NCBI GenBank assembly: GCA_004022145.1
Contig: RCNU01000017.1
DNA from: Paecilomyces variotii
Taxonomy: Eukaryota
Length of the DNA stretch: 64,000 nucleotides
Direction: 5' to 3' (one strand)
The notes below the pieces were generated by a model. That model was not told the DNA's origin. It did no database searches and saw nothing but the letters and a program-made list of their open reading frames with translations. This document shows, one piece after another, positions 13,492 through 25,740 of this stretch; positions within the stretch are counted from its first letter, which is position 1; each line of letters starts with the position of its first letter. A program made the position numbers and the translations under genes.

Positions 13492-14075
13492 TTACCAAGT
13501 CTCCTCACCATGCTTGCGCGCCTTTACCGGAGAGGATTAGCTTTTGCACAAACCGACGTTGTAGGGACGTCTTGAACTTACCCGGACAGCACCTGGACCA
13601 CCCAGTTCCTTCTCGAGACCATCTGGGAAAGTGCGAGGCACCGATGGCTTGTCGGGATAGTAGAAGGAGACTAGGCCACAGAAGCCGAGGAAGGCTGCGA
13701 CGAAGGTCCCGATGGATAGTATAGCCTTGCCAGACGTGACATGGGTGTACTGCTCAGGACTGAAGACGTTAAGGATATCGTTGTCTTCGTGAAGAGGTTC
13801 GCCAAAGTTTCGTCTCTCCTGTTTGTCGAACCAGTCGCCGTAGGGATCTCTGAATGCCCGCTTCAGGCGCGGGGGGTTGGGATAGTTGCCGTTCTGCGAC
13901 GAAATCAGTCAATTGAGGGTGCAGAAGCGCGCAGTCGTTCGAAAAGCAGTACCTGGCCTGGATCGTCATTCTCAGCTGTCGAAGCAGACCGGATCTGAGA
14001 AAACGTAGAGCGGGGGAGGACCTGGCGTGCGGTGACCTGGGTCAGACGCCCGCCGACCAATCTCCGGGAAAGCAT
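13492..14075 (-). CDS. NDUFB8: NADH:ubiquinone oxidoreductase subunit NDUFB8 (ASHI), mitochondrial precursor
   Basis: Exons 14075-13953, 13893-13582, 13521-13492. Presequence MLSRRLVGGRLTQVTAR...; family motif NGNYPNPPRLKRAFRDPYGDWFDKQERRNFGEPLHED; one TM helix; PDKPSVPRTFPDGLEKELGG. Confidence 0.9.
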
Positions 14076-14594
14076 CTGTAGAGCCATGACTGTGAGCACA
14101 GAACCAACTGGACAGAAAGAATGCAGATATGACAAACATTTTCAATGGGATTGGGCACGACAATTGTGCTCCAAAGGCGTCAAAGGAAGCTGTTGTCGAA
14201 GCCCTGCGGGTGTGTGAACCGAAAGTGACGGGTCCGGGAGGTTTGGATGACGACCAAGATGGCGTATTTCGGGCACCGTAGTCAGTAGCCTTAGCGCCTT
14301 GGCGCCTTAGAGCCTCAGGCGGAGAGTCGCGCTTACATACTCTACACGGTCTCGTCACGGTAGCAAATTGCGTCGACCGGGCGAAAAACCACCTCTCCAC
14401 GCAAGCACCGATCTCCGCGACTTTTTCCGTCACCAGGCACGCAAAATTGCCGATAACTATGCCAAACTGCTTGTGGCATCTCGACTCAACTCGCCGTATT
14501 CGTTGATGTCAAAATTTCCCGCTCCAACCTCGTCGTCGTTGGGAAAGCTGGGGTCATCTGAGAAAAAGGCCCCTGTCGCCCTTGGTAACGAGAC

Positions 14595-17500
14595 ATGCAA
14601 AACGGTAACCTGAATGGCACTGCACACCCGCACGAACGCGTGACGCCCGAACCTGAGAACAGTACTCGTACCTCACTTGGTCCTGAAACTCCTGCAGACA
14701 GCGCAACGAATGGTTTGAGTAATCTGGGGACTAATGAAGACACGGTCGCAAATCAAACCAACGAGGGTCCGCCGTCCAAGAAACGCAAACTCACTGACTC
14801 GACCTCGCGGCGCTCCAGACCTCCTTCACCTCCCTGGAAAAGAATCGGAGTAGAGGGTCCCACAAGCTTCTTCGATAATGGCCGGCGCAGATCCTCGAGA
14901 ACAAACGCTATTCCTCTCGAGCTGCAGCCGCAATCAGACAAGAGAAACACGCGAGCAGCTCGGAAGGAATATGTGACCAAGTCCCTCACAGGTCGCGCAC
15001 AAGGCACTTCATCGCCGCTGGCCTCAAGTGCAGTCAAAACTGAAACAAATGGGAGAAGGTCTCTCGGTGGGAGGAGCTCCGCAAATGGAACTCTCGCTGG
15101 ATCTCCCAGGAAATCGAGCGCAAAACCCGCAGCTGGGAAAGACCAGGTTTCCCAGTCGCCAGCAGCAAGACCGGCCAGTACGCGGACACGGTCGCGGAGT
15201 TCCGCAACCCCAAATGCGTTGTCTCGTAATCAGAATGGCGAGACCAATGGTATCGGTACGAACGGTGATGCACGGAACAGTTCTCTATCGGCGGCTACCT
15301 CGCCTGTTGCGGCTACGGACAGGAAGGCTTATGCGAGAACCGTTCGGGAGGAATACAATGAAGACGAAGCAGAGAGTACTCAGAGGCTTCCGAGGCTACG
15401 GTTCAAGGTTAAGAAGCCCTCTCTCGCCATTCAGCACCCCTCCCATGTTCTGGCTCCAAGGAAGTACGCCTCGTTCCGCGCCTGGATTGAGAGTGGCGAA
15501 GGTATCAAGGGGGACAGTGACATTGTGAGTCCGGATCAGGCACGAGAGGAAGCAGAGAAAAGGCTTAGAATACTCGAGGCTGGGGAGCCAGGAGGGGTAC
15601 TCAGTCCGGAAATATGCTCTGTATATCTCACAGAACAGCAGGAGGAGCCACCACAGCAATATTCTCATCAGGATCACCTTGTCGCGCACGCTCTCTATTT
15701 CCGAAAGCTGTTGGAGCAAGAGCACAGGCGCCACCGTAACATGGCTCGACTGTTTGCCCAGTGGTGTGCAGATGCATGGCGGAAGCGCAATAAGGATCCA
15801 GAAGATATCCTCAGAGAGCAGGAGGAAGAAATGCGCTTGAGACGGAAGCAGTTAGCGAAAGATCTACAAAAGCAATTCGACTTGGTCCGAGCAGAGGTCG
15901 ACAAGATGCGTCTAGCTCGCTGGGAACAAGAACGAAAGGCCGAAGATCAGCAAGCTCTTGACCGTGCTATCAAACAGTCAACTCTACTCTTCGAAAAGAG
16001 GCGTTTGGAGATTCTAGGGGGGCCTGAGACTGATGCCGACGAGTCTGATGAAGATGAACAGGAAAGTGATGGTGGCGAGTCAGAGGAGGATAGCCAAGAA
16101 AGCGACGCATCTGAACTCGAAGAGGAAGGCGAAAGCAATATGTCCAGTACTGATTCCGAGAGTGAGGGAGATGGTGCTGACGATGATGCCAACTTGACTA
16201 CTGAACAACTGCGCTTGAAATATGCAAACCTTCCATCGGACGATTTTGACGCCGAACGGATGTCAGTCACTTCTGATCAGACCGAGTCTTCTGTGCACAG
16301 CGAAACATCTCAAGCAAATCATGTGCCCGAATTGGAACATACTCGTGAGCCCGATGATGACGCCGGTTCTGCGTTGGTTACGCAATACACTCCTGATCAC
16401 GTTTCTTTGGATGAAGTGAATCCATTATTATTGGATGATAGTGATGAATCCACTGATATGAGTGACGATATGGGTGATAGTGACGACGAAATGGATAGCG
16501 ATGACGACGGCAGCGAGGAGGAAAGCGATGGGGACAGCGCGCCTGGATTGCTAGGGTTCTTCTCTAAGAAAGATGCCGCAGCTCTCAGGGATAATGAGGA
16601 AGATGATGGCGCTTCTGCAAATGACGCAGAGGAGTCAGGGTACCAAGATGAGGTCTCTCTTGTCCCGACTGGGGTCCCTGATGAGAAGGTTAATGGTGAC
16701 GAGACCAACGTCTCTCCATCTTCTCCGGAAGATGTGGCTGACGTTCAACATGGATCTCGTCAAAGTGGAGACGTATCAAGTCAGGCTTCCCCTGGCACGG
16801 TCGTGACTAAACCATCGGAATCCGAATCTATTTCCTCATACGAACCTGCCTCAGAGAAACCAGCTCCGCAAGAAGACCGTCCAGCAACTGCCGTTCAGCC
16901 TGGTTCGCCAGCTGATTCCACCGCTCCCCTCGCTACTTCTGATGCAGTTATAGCCCGTGCCGGGAGTCCTCATACAGTTGGATCTACGGCTACACCGGGC
17001 CTGAAGACAGCAATACCTCACTTACTCCGAGGGACTCTGAGAGAATATCAGCACTTTGGTCTAGATTGGCTCGCTGGTCTGTATACTAACCATATCAATG
17101 GTATACTGGCTGATGAGATGGGTCTCGGAAAGACCATACAAACTATAGCTCTTCTGGCTCACCTGGCTGTCGAGCACGAGGTCTGGGGCCCACATCTAGT
17201 CGTTGTACCGACAAGTGTCATACTTAACTGGGAAATGGAATTCAAAAAATGGTGTCCCGGATTCAAAATCATGACCTATTATGGAAATCAAGAAGAACGG
17301 AAAGCGAAGCGTCGAGGCTGGACGGACGATAAGAGCTGGGATGTCTTGATTACTTCGTATCAACTGGCCCTACAGGATCAGCAGGTACTCAAGCGGAGAA
17401 ACTGGCACTACATGATCCTCGACGAGGCTCACAATATCAAAAACTTCCGTTCTCAGAGGTGGCAAGCACTTCTTACATTTAAGACAAGAGCCCGACTTCT

Positions 17501-19640
17501 CCTCACTGGCACGCCTCTTCAGAATAATTTGACGGAACTGTGGTCACTGCTGTTTTTCTTGATGCCTTCGGATGGAGATGAGGCAGGCACTGAAGGATTT
17601 GCAGACCTCAGGAATTTCTCCGAGTGGTTTAGACGTCCAGTGGAGCAGATCCTGGAACATGGCAGAGAGACTATGGATGAAGAAGCAAAGCGAGTCGTGA
17701 CTAAGCTTCACACGGTTCTACGTCCATACATTCTGCGTCGTCTCAAGGCCGATGTTGAGAAGCAGATGCCAGCAAAGTACGAGCACGTCGTTTATTGCAG
17801 ACTTTCGAAGCGCCAGAGGTACCTCTACGACGGATTCATGTCTAGGGCGCAGACAAAAGAGACTTTAGCATCTGGGAATTACCTCTCAATCATCAACTGT
17901 TTGATGCAGTTGCGCAAAGTCTGCAATCATCCAGATCTCTTTGAAACTCGACCTATTTCCACTTCTTTTGCAATGCCCAGGTCGATAGCGACGGAATACG
18001 AGATCAAGGAACTGCTCGTGCGGAGGCGATTATTATACGAGGATCCGCTTACGAAACTAGACCTTGACTTCCTCAACCTTGCCCCTATCTCAAGGGAAGG
18101 GATCTCTCGCAGGATTGCCGACGATACAAGAAGGATAACGGCCTACGGTTCCTTCAAAGCACTCCGTGAACGTCAGTACAACCGGGCTAACTGGGAAATG
18201 GAGTTTGACGGCTCTTCTGTCAAATCCACCGTGATCTCAATGGAGAATGCATTGAGGAAGAAGCGGGTGGGGGAGCTCGAAAGATGCATGTACTTTGAAT
18301 CCAAGCGCCACGGTCTCACCCCTATCTACGGGCAGAGCCTAATGGAGTTCCTCACCTCTGATAATGCTCAGAGGGCCTGGTCTTCTCATCCTTCCCGTGG
18401 ACGTTCGATGGCAGACTGGCTCTCCAGTCGATCGTCCGTACTCGCTTCCATGATTTTATCAATTGAAGACAGGGCACACGACATGGAAGGATATGTTCAG
18501 CGGTTTGCGTGTGTAACACCGGCAGCGATTGCTTCCGGTGTCACTGAAGCGGCTCTCACACCCATTCAGTCCCGGTCACTTTCCAAGGAACAGAGGTTCC
18601 CGCCATATGATCCGTTCCACGAAGCTCAGATGCGCTTGTCTATAGCGTTTCCCGATAAGAGACTTCTGCAGTATGACTGTGGTAAACTGCAGAGACTAGA
18701 CCAGCTGCTTCGGGACCTTCAGGCGGGCGGTCATCGGGCCCTAATTTTCACGCAGATGACTAAGATGCTTGACATCCTGGAACAATTCCTCAACATCCAC
18801 GGACATCGGTATCTGCGCCTCGACGGCACCACGAAAGTGGAGCAGCGACAGATGTTGACTGAGCGCTTCAACAATGATAACCGCATTCTCGCCTTCATCT
18901 TGTCTACTCGATCAGGTGGGTTGGGTATCAACCTTACAGGTGCCGACACGGTCATCTTCTATGACCTCGACTGGAATCCAGCAATGGACAAGCAGTGTCA
19001 AGACCGTTGCCACCGTATCGGTCAGACTCGCGATGTCCACATCTATCGCTTTGTTTCGGAGTACACGATCGAATCGAATATCCTTCGCAAGGCCAATCAG
19101 AAGAGAATGCTCGATGACGTCGTCATTCAGGAGGGAGAATTCACAACCGACTACTTCACCAAGATTGACCCACGAGAGATGATCGGTGACGACGCGTTGG
19201 CCAGCAATGATGAAGCAAGCGCAGCCATGGATCGTGTTCTCAACACGAGGGTCGGTGGCACCGTCCGTGCATTCGAGCAAGCAGAAGACAAGGAAGATAT
19301 CGATGCAGCCAAGAATGCACAGAAAGAGCTTGAGCATGCGGATGATGGAGATTTCGAGGAACGGAGCGTATCGCGCAGCACGCCGGCTCAGATGGGCACG
19401 CCATTAGCGACAGGCCCTGCGGAGGATGAAACTCCCGGTGCGCAGACGATTTCCTCGCCACAGGTGCATACTGTCGATGAGGATGCCGAGGTCGAACAGC
19501 AGCCCGGTCACATCGACGATTACCTGTTGCGTTTCATGGAGTGGAATCTCAGAGACGAGCCACTTGTGCTTCCGCCAGATAAGACCCAGAAGAAGTATAG
19601 GAGGGGCAAAGAGCATCGCATTAAGAAGAAACGTCTCTGA
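14595..19640 (+). CDS. SWR1: SWR1 Snf2-family ATPase (H2A.Z exchange complex catalytic subunit)
   Basis: Single 1681-aa ORF with HSA-like region (HQDHLVAHALYFRKLL), acidic tract, LREYQ, GILADEMGLGKTIQTI, MILDEAHNIKNFRSQRWQ, a long insertion splitting the ATPase, DCGKLQRLD, FILSTRSGGLGINLTGADTV and QCQDRCHRIGQ. Confidence 0.97.
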   Translation: MQNGNLNGTAHPHERVTPEPENSTRTSLGPETPADSATNGLSNLGTNEDTVANQTNEGPPSKKRKLTDSTSRRSRPPSPPWKRIGVEGPTSFFDNGRRRSSRTNAIPLELQPQSDKRNTRAARKEYVTKSLTGRAQGTSSPLASSAVKTETNGRRSLGGRSSANGTLAGSPRKSSAKPAAGKDQVSQSPAARPASTRTRSRSSATPNALSRNQNGETNGIGTNGDARNSSLSAATSPVAATDRKAYARTVREEYNEDEAESTQRLPRLRFKVKKPSLAIQHPSHVLAPRKYASFRAWIESGEGIKGDSDIVSPDQAREEAEKRLRILEAGEPGGVLSPEICSVYLTEQQEEPPQQYSHQDHLVAHALYFRKLLEQEHRRHRNMARLFAQWCADAWRKRNKDPEDILREQEEEMRLRRKQLAKDLQKQFDLVRAEVDKMRLARWEQERKAEDQQALDRAIKQSTLLFEKRRLEILGGPETDADESDEDEQESDGGESEEDSQESDASELEEEGESNMSSTDSESEGDGADDDANLTTEQLRLKYANLPSDDFDAERMSVTSDQTESSVHSETSQANHVPELEHTREPDDDAGSALVTQYTPDHVSLDEVNPLLLDDSDESTDMSDDMGDSDDEMDSDDDGSEEESDGDSAPGLLGFFSKKDAAALRDNEEDDGASANDAEESGYQDEVSLVPTGVPDEKVNGDETNVSPSSPEDVADVQHGSRQSGDVSSQASPGTVVTKPSESESISSYEPASEKPAPQEDRPATAVQPGSPADSTAPLATSDAVIARAGSPHTVGSTATPGLKTAIPHLLRGTLREYQHFGLDWLAGLYTNHINGILADEMGLGKTIQTIALLAHLAVEHEVWGPHLVVVPTSVILNWEMEFKKWCPGFKIMTYYGNQEERKAKRRGWTDDKSWDVLITSYQLALQDQQVLKRRNWHYMILDEAHNIKNFRSQRWQALLTFKTRARLLLTGTPLQNNLTELWSLLFFLMPSDGDEAGTEGFADLRNFSEWFRRPVEQILEHGRETMDEEAKRVVTKLHTVLRPYILRRLKADVEKQMPAKYEHVVYCRLSKRQRYLYDGFMSRAQTKETLASGNYLSIINCLMQLRKVCNHPDLFETRPISTSFAMPRSIATEYEIKELLVRRRLLYEDPLTKLDLDFLNLAPISREGISRRIADDTRRITAYGSFKALRERQYNRANWEMEFDGSSVKSTVISMENALRKKRVGELERCMYFESKRHGLTPIYGQSLMEFLTSDNAQRAWSSHPSRGRSMADWLSSRSSVLASMILSIEDRAHDMEGYVQRFACVTPAAIASGVTEAALTPIQSRSLSKEQRFPPYDPFHEAQMRLSIAFPDKRLLQYDCGKLQRLDQLLRDLQAGGHRALIFTQMTKMLDILEQFLNIHGHRYLRLDGTTKVEQRQMLTERFNNDNRILAFILSTRSGGLGINLTGADTVIFYDLDWNPAMDKQCQDRCHRIGQTRDVHIYRFVSEYTIESNILRKANQKRMLDDVVIQEGEFTTDYFTKIDPREMIGDDALASNDEASAAMDRVLNTRVGGTVRAFEQAEDKEDIDAAKNAQKELEHADDGDFEERSVSRSTPAQMGTPLATGPAEDETPGAQTISSPQVHTVDEDAEVEQQPGHIDDYLLRFMEWNLRDEPLVLPPDKTQKKYRRGKEHRIKKKRL

Positions 19641-22600
19641 GAGGATGGTTACGGTTGATGGACGTCATATGTAGCATCTTTGGATTTGTCTTTCTTTTGG
19701 TCATATACCAGGCTCTCAAAACCACGTCCGGGTCTTGGGCGGGAACTTGTCATGTGTGATGGCGTCACGTGTTTCTTTTTGATCTTTATATTAGCGAGGG
19801 AAAGGTGCACCATCATTCCAGCGGAGTGCTTCTGTCCAAAAACGAGGGTTTCCTACAATACATTCTTATAGTCTTAGATTCCCTTGGTTCCTTTCACTTT
19901 CCCCGATGTATTATCTACGCTACTTCTAATTTCTTGATCTTTCCTCTTCAGAAACTATTACAAGTGCTGTCTATGTGTGTTCTCCTACCTACTTTCGTTC
20001 ATCAACGATGATACGAGATACCATTGGCGAGGACGGGTTGTGAAAGGGGATCAGTAGCTTGGTTCTGTAAGATATGCATTGATGCCACTTTTGATAATGA
20101 TAACGAGGGTGCTTCCCCAATATTCTTCGCTCATGGGCCAAATATGACGATGATATTTCTCTGTCGAAGTAGATTTGATGATAACCTTTATGATCACCTG
20201 ATGAGGGGAGTCGTTTCGTACACTGGCGGTGAACACCGGACCGCCTCAATGAGCCCAGTTATCCATGACGTCCACCAAACCGTATACTCCATACCCTGTT
20301 TGCGTTGGTTTCTAGGATATGCCCCTTTCTAATTTCTAAAGTCGACCTTACTCTCATCAAGGATTACCGCATTGCATCAGTCAGCGGGACTTTGCCGGTC
20401 AGGAAGGTAGGAGGTACTGCCAAATTCTGACGAAAGGGCAAAAGTACTCTGCCTCAACACGGTTTCGAGCTGACACTTCTCTGCACCAGCGTCTCCAGGA
20501 GAACGACAACGCCTGTGTACAGCGTGGTATAATTCGTGAAACATACATTAGTTGGGATGTTTATGATCTACATGCATTGGTGACTTTAGAGTAGATCTCA
20601 CAGATCCCGGTCAGTCCATGTGGTTTTTCTGTGCGAAAGACGAGCTGTCGGAGCTGAAGAACCCATCATCGTCACCACTCCATCAGGCAATTATATTGGA
20701 CTTGTTGGAGAGAGAAAAAGAGAAAAACTAGATGAATATGAAACGGGCTACTTAAAAAATGCCACATGGGACGCAAGATGACTTCATTTAGGTAATAGAA
20801 GGCCCTCTTTTGGCAGCCGTTGTGTGTTACCTTGCTCCTGATCTGCATGCATTCCGTCGATCGTCCATGACATGGAGTGGCAAATGAGATTGATCTGGCA
20901 TTATCACTAGATAATCGAAGACAGAAGGAATGTTCTTGTTCTCCTTATCCAAGCACGGGAAGTCCATGAGGCTATCCGCGGAACCCCAAGGCAATCGAGT
21001 CCCGACAGAGTGGGCAAAGTGCGCAAATCCGGCGATCACCCACCCAGGAACTAAGAAGCTGGGACATCCGCCTTTCCAGCTCCCGTTTGTTTACTTTCAC
21101 TTATACCTGTTTGGTGCGGATTACAATTACTAGCTGGCTAGACCTAGTTATCTCCAGCTTCGGCCCCAGCCTCAGCCTGCCAAACACACACCAAGGTGAC
21201 AAGGTCCCTCCTCCCTGGATCTGCAAGGCGCACGAGGCAGCATGGATGTTTGTGTGACCTCGGCTGAGAAACGGCTGCTGATCTTCACTTGATGGATCAG
21301 ATTCGCCTTCAAAGCCGGTGCTTTTGTCGCCTTTGTGGGTGGGACATCTATACGGAGTACAGCCTCAGTACTCCGTACACTACTCTACAAATCTGCCTCG
21401 AACGCTCTCGAAGCCGTCCGTGCACGGTTGGTTCAGGGGAGAGAACTCGTTTCCTTTTACTACACAGAGCTCTAGACAGAGTGCCAACGAGATACGCTTT
21501 ACATGACTCCGTACAGAGTAATAATAACCAGGGCCGTGTCTGCCGCCTTCCGTTGCCTCCTCACCCGTTTGGATCGTTTCAGCCGCCTGTGACGGAACCC
21601 CAGAAGACGAGTAGGGCCGCAATACGGATTAGTGTCCATGACCCTGCCCTTATCCACCCCGCGGTGCAGGGACAAGCATAATTGATGGGACTTTGAAAGT
21701 GCATACGGGCTTGCACGGGCCATAGGTGCATGAAGAAGCAGCGAATGACACGGGTACTGCACCAGCTACGCTTGCAACCGAGAAACCTTGTCTGCTGAGA
21801 TGCCTGGAGGACTTCTCCCAGCAGTCATGGATACGGCGATGCAAGGTCGAAAGAGCGACGGCTGCATGATGTGACAGCCGTCAGCTTTCGGCCGTAATTA
21901 TGACGCGGCTGTGCCAGGGTTATAATGACACTACTGCCCAAGTAGTACACTACTCAGAAATCGGCATAGTACTCGAGATATTAGAGTATAGGGATGCCCT
22001 CGACTCCGGATAATTAGAGAACACTACTTTCGCCAGCGTCCGGATCCGTTCGACTGTCAACAGGGAGTCATACGTAATCCAGAGCCGAGTTATTCACCTT
22101 TTGACCGAGAAATCCTCGAAGCTTCGGCGAGTTTTGAGTGTCAAGCCTCGGCCACCAGTTCAAATTCATCCGCCTGGATCTTCTGCGTGGAGCGTGATTT
22201 AGCGCTCTAGCGCGCCGGGGAACATCGCTCCATCTCCTCTCGGAAACGCAGGCTGTTTGCCCTAATGTCCCGTATGATTGGTGGGGGCGTTCTTCTGGCG
22301 CTGGCCGGGAGAGCACCCGCGTGCACGATCCGTGGATAGTCTGGTAACTGGGGTCGATCCGTCACCGCAGCTGCAGTACAATTATACCATACTAGGCTGG
22401 TCGAACGATCCTCAGCATCACAGAGGTGATAATAATAATAATATACCAGCTAACTAGTGAAGCACAACCGTGATATCTTGCTGAACCGACTCACGAATAG
22501 ACTAGCTACGGAGTATGTTTCTGTACTCGTCAGGCTATCGCGGGTTAGGATGAATTACTGTATGCTGGATATGGAGACGCTTGCACCAGATCTAGACGCT

Positions 22601-24398
22601 GCTCAAGGACAGCCTCTGATCATCTGATGGCTGCTGTCTTTACCGCTATATCCCCAGTTTACTTCAGGTGGCTCCCTTCTCGAACAGCGTCCCATCCAGC
22701 CATCATCTCGTTGGCCTTCAGTCTTATCTAGTAGATATCTAGTTCTACTCTCCGGCTCTATCCTGCTTCTTCCGGTCAGGACGGCCCGCTCACCCCGCTC
22801 CCAGCGTCTCTGGATCGGCAGTCTGCACCGGAGATCGATCTCATCACCCGTGTGTCGTTATCCATCCGCGGGAGTAAGGGATGCTATCCCACCTGCTTGA
22901 TTCAGTGTGCAGTACTCTGGAGGAAACACTAGACCAGTAGTCTATACGGGACAAGTTTGTCAACTTGACGGACGAAGCAATCCTTTCAGATAGGTCATGG
23001 GGAATACCATTCTGGGACCAAGACGTGGAGTATCGAAGGCCCCTCACCTCCTCCGGGCTCCTCCAGGCTCCTGCTGCAGATACGCTAGTTGAGAAAGAGG
23101 AATGTCATTCACACGCTCGTCACCTGTCATATATGCCTGTCTCGTCCCGGGAGGAGGGATCAGATTATCAGTGGAGGACTGTGCGGCACTGCTCCAGTCC
23201 CGACAAGAAATATCACAAACTCGGAATCATCTGCAATACGGAGTAGAAAATAAGCATTCGGAGCTTGACCACAGCTACGGAGCAGGTTTACCGGGCGTTG
23301 AGCCACGGTTATGGGTACAGGTATAGCACTACTACGACTTCGACGTCCTCCAGCGCGTCAAAGGAGGGGACCACAACCCAGATAGGCAATCGCACTGGGA
23401 TCGATGGAGGCACGCCAAGAGCCTGGGAAAATTAGCGGAGGCGCTAGGATAGCGATGGATAGTTACGACCTGGTGGACTTAACAAGCACTCTGAGTTCTC
23501 TAACTATGAGTCGTGACAAACGAACATGAGCCCACTACGAGGGGATGGATCGGATCGGCGACCCGCGACGTGATGGACTGTCCACCGTATCCATTGCATC
23601 GGGGTCTACTTCCTCATCCTGAGGGTCCAAGCCACAGCAATCAGAAGTCTGCGAGATTTCTATCATTATTCATTCCTGATTTGGAGGTACATCACATCCG
23701 TTTGTTCGCCATGGCGGAAGCAACCTTTCACCCGGATCCTGCCAAGAACATCCAGGTAAAGCTTACTCCATGTTCAAGCGGGCCTGCAGAAACTCTTACG
23801 GCCTCTTGCCCCGTTAACGGCTGCGGCAAATAGTCGAGGATGCATACGATACCCAGCGGCAGAAGAAGGACGTGGTTGAGATGTAAATGAGTTGTGAGGA
23901 CAATCCCTTGTAGGGAATTGACCTGCCCATCTGGGACGACCCAGATGATGGTCCTCTGCTCGAGGTTCAACCCCCGGTATCCCCCTCAAAGAAGCCCAGC
24001 GGGAGATACGATACGTGTCTGCTGGTCAGAGCCGTCCCTTGCACCGTCTCAGACCGGTGCCGCCCACTAAGTTGCCAGCTAGCAATGGCTCTAAGGCTGG
24101 CTGGTGCCAATGGCCTGCCTCACCGGGGATCGCGCCGGCCTGGATACATGGCGAGGCCAATCGACGCGGCGACCCGGGGAGCCGATTAGCCTTGAACGCT
24201 CAGTTGGCTCGTTCGCGCCTGGTAGCCACATTCTGGCCGACGGAGCCCGCTGAGGAGAACATCCATGGACATGGGCTCACACGAGGCTGCATTTACATAT
24301 ACTGAATCCCGACGCTCCAGTCTGTCGGCACTGTGACACCTGCCCGTCCTTCCCCAAAATTTCCCCTTGTCTCAACGGCCTGCCGTACGTCACGAGCC

Positions 24399-25740
24399 AT
24401 GAAGCACTCAATACCGCCTGAGGTATGGGAGAAGAACAAGCCGGACATCGTGTACTACTACGTAACTGAAGAATGGCCGTTGAAACAAGTCATCAAAAAG
24501 ATCCGCACCAAAGACTTCCATCCTAGGTGAGCACAATGTTCAGGCGGGCGCTTCTGACAGAAAGCCTCAAAAGGCATTGCAGACTGATTATGCACCTTTC
24601 CCTGCCAGTGAGACCCAACTCCGCAGTCGACTAAAGAAATGGCGGATCACCAAGCCTTCGCGACGGACGCGCAAGAAGCCCCGAGAGCAGAAGCAGGAGG
24701 TAAAGGCGAAGAGCGAAGATAACCAACCAGAGACTGCGTCTTCGACGGAATCGAAACCACCAATGGTCCCCGCGCTGCATCCATCGGCAGCACCAGTACA
24801 AGCACAGCAACCGCCGCTTTCAATTTCATCACAAACAGAAGGATCGCAAAACCAGCTATCAACAAATACCGAATGGTATGATCCGAACGAATGGTTCATC
24901 AAACAAGAGCAGTCGTCTCTTCAGAGTCCGGCGCCGTTCAGTGGACAGAATATGAATAACCACTGGGTCTCCCCGAAACCACAACAGCCAGCCGTGATCC
25001 AACAGAATGGCAGCAATCAATACCACCAGAGTACGCCTGTCATGCAACAGCAGTATTCGACAGTACCCGCCGCTGTTACCCTTCCATATGACCAGATCCA
25101 ACCCGTCACAGCTGCGAGCAATACTGTTGCGGTGACTGCAATGCCGATGATGGCGCCCACATATAACGGTCATACGTATGCCGCCGCCCAGACTGGCGGT
25201 CCGTCAGACGTAGGGATCAATTCCTCCGCTCAATGGCCCAATGGGTCTCAGCATATTGAGATGGATCAAAGTTATGTGGGTGGGTCGTATCCTGCCATGG
25301 AAGAACTTACAGCCTGGAGTGCCAACGCGATGCCCCAATATTACAACATGAGTGCGCCGATTTCCTCCATGACGGCCTACCCGAACCAGATGCAGTCAAT
25401 ACCGACGCATGACTCCAGCCAAATCGTTGCTCCACAGCAGCCTTTCTCGCCCTCTTCCTCGGCTGCTTCGCTGGACGACTTCAGCGCAGGAAAGACATGG
25501 AGGCGTGCGTCAGAGTTCAATATGCATAACCATGTTAGAGTGGATCGGCAGGGACGGCAGCGACGACCTGTGGCGGATAGGAGACGACCGAAGCCTATGC
25601 CTATGATGGATACTAGTATTATGGCTATGCCCGGTCAGCCGCAATTTATGGTTCACGAGCAACATCCGATGATGTCTGCCAACATGTATCCGCACCCAGG
25701 ACAGGAGCCTTTCGTGCACAAACCGCCTGGCTGCGGATAG
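24399..25740 (+). CDS. Clr5-domain protein (probable nuclear regulator) with long Q/P/S/M-rich tail
   Basis: Exon 1 24399-24526, intron 24527-24608 (GTGAGC...ACTGAT...CCAG), exon 2 24609-25740. Spliced N-terminus WEKNKPDIVYYYVTEEWPLKQVIKKIRTKDFHPSETQLRSRLKKWRITK fits the Clr5 domain pattern. Confidence 0.85.

Noticed and set aside
20024..20332. 102-aa ORF downstream of SWR1 with faint resemblance to fungal hypothetical proteins
   Set aside because: It has a non-ATG start, no splice support and too vague a similarity to call. BLASTX would be needed.
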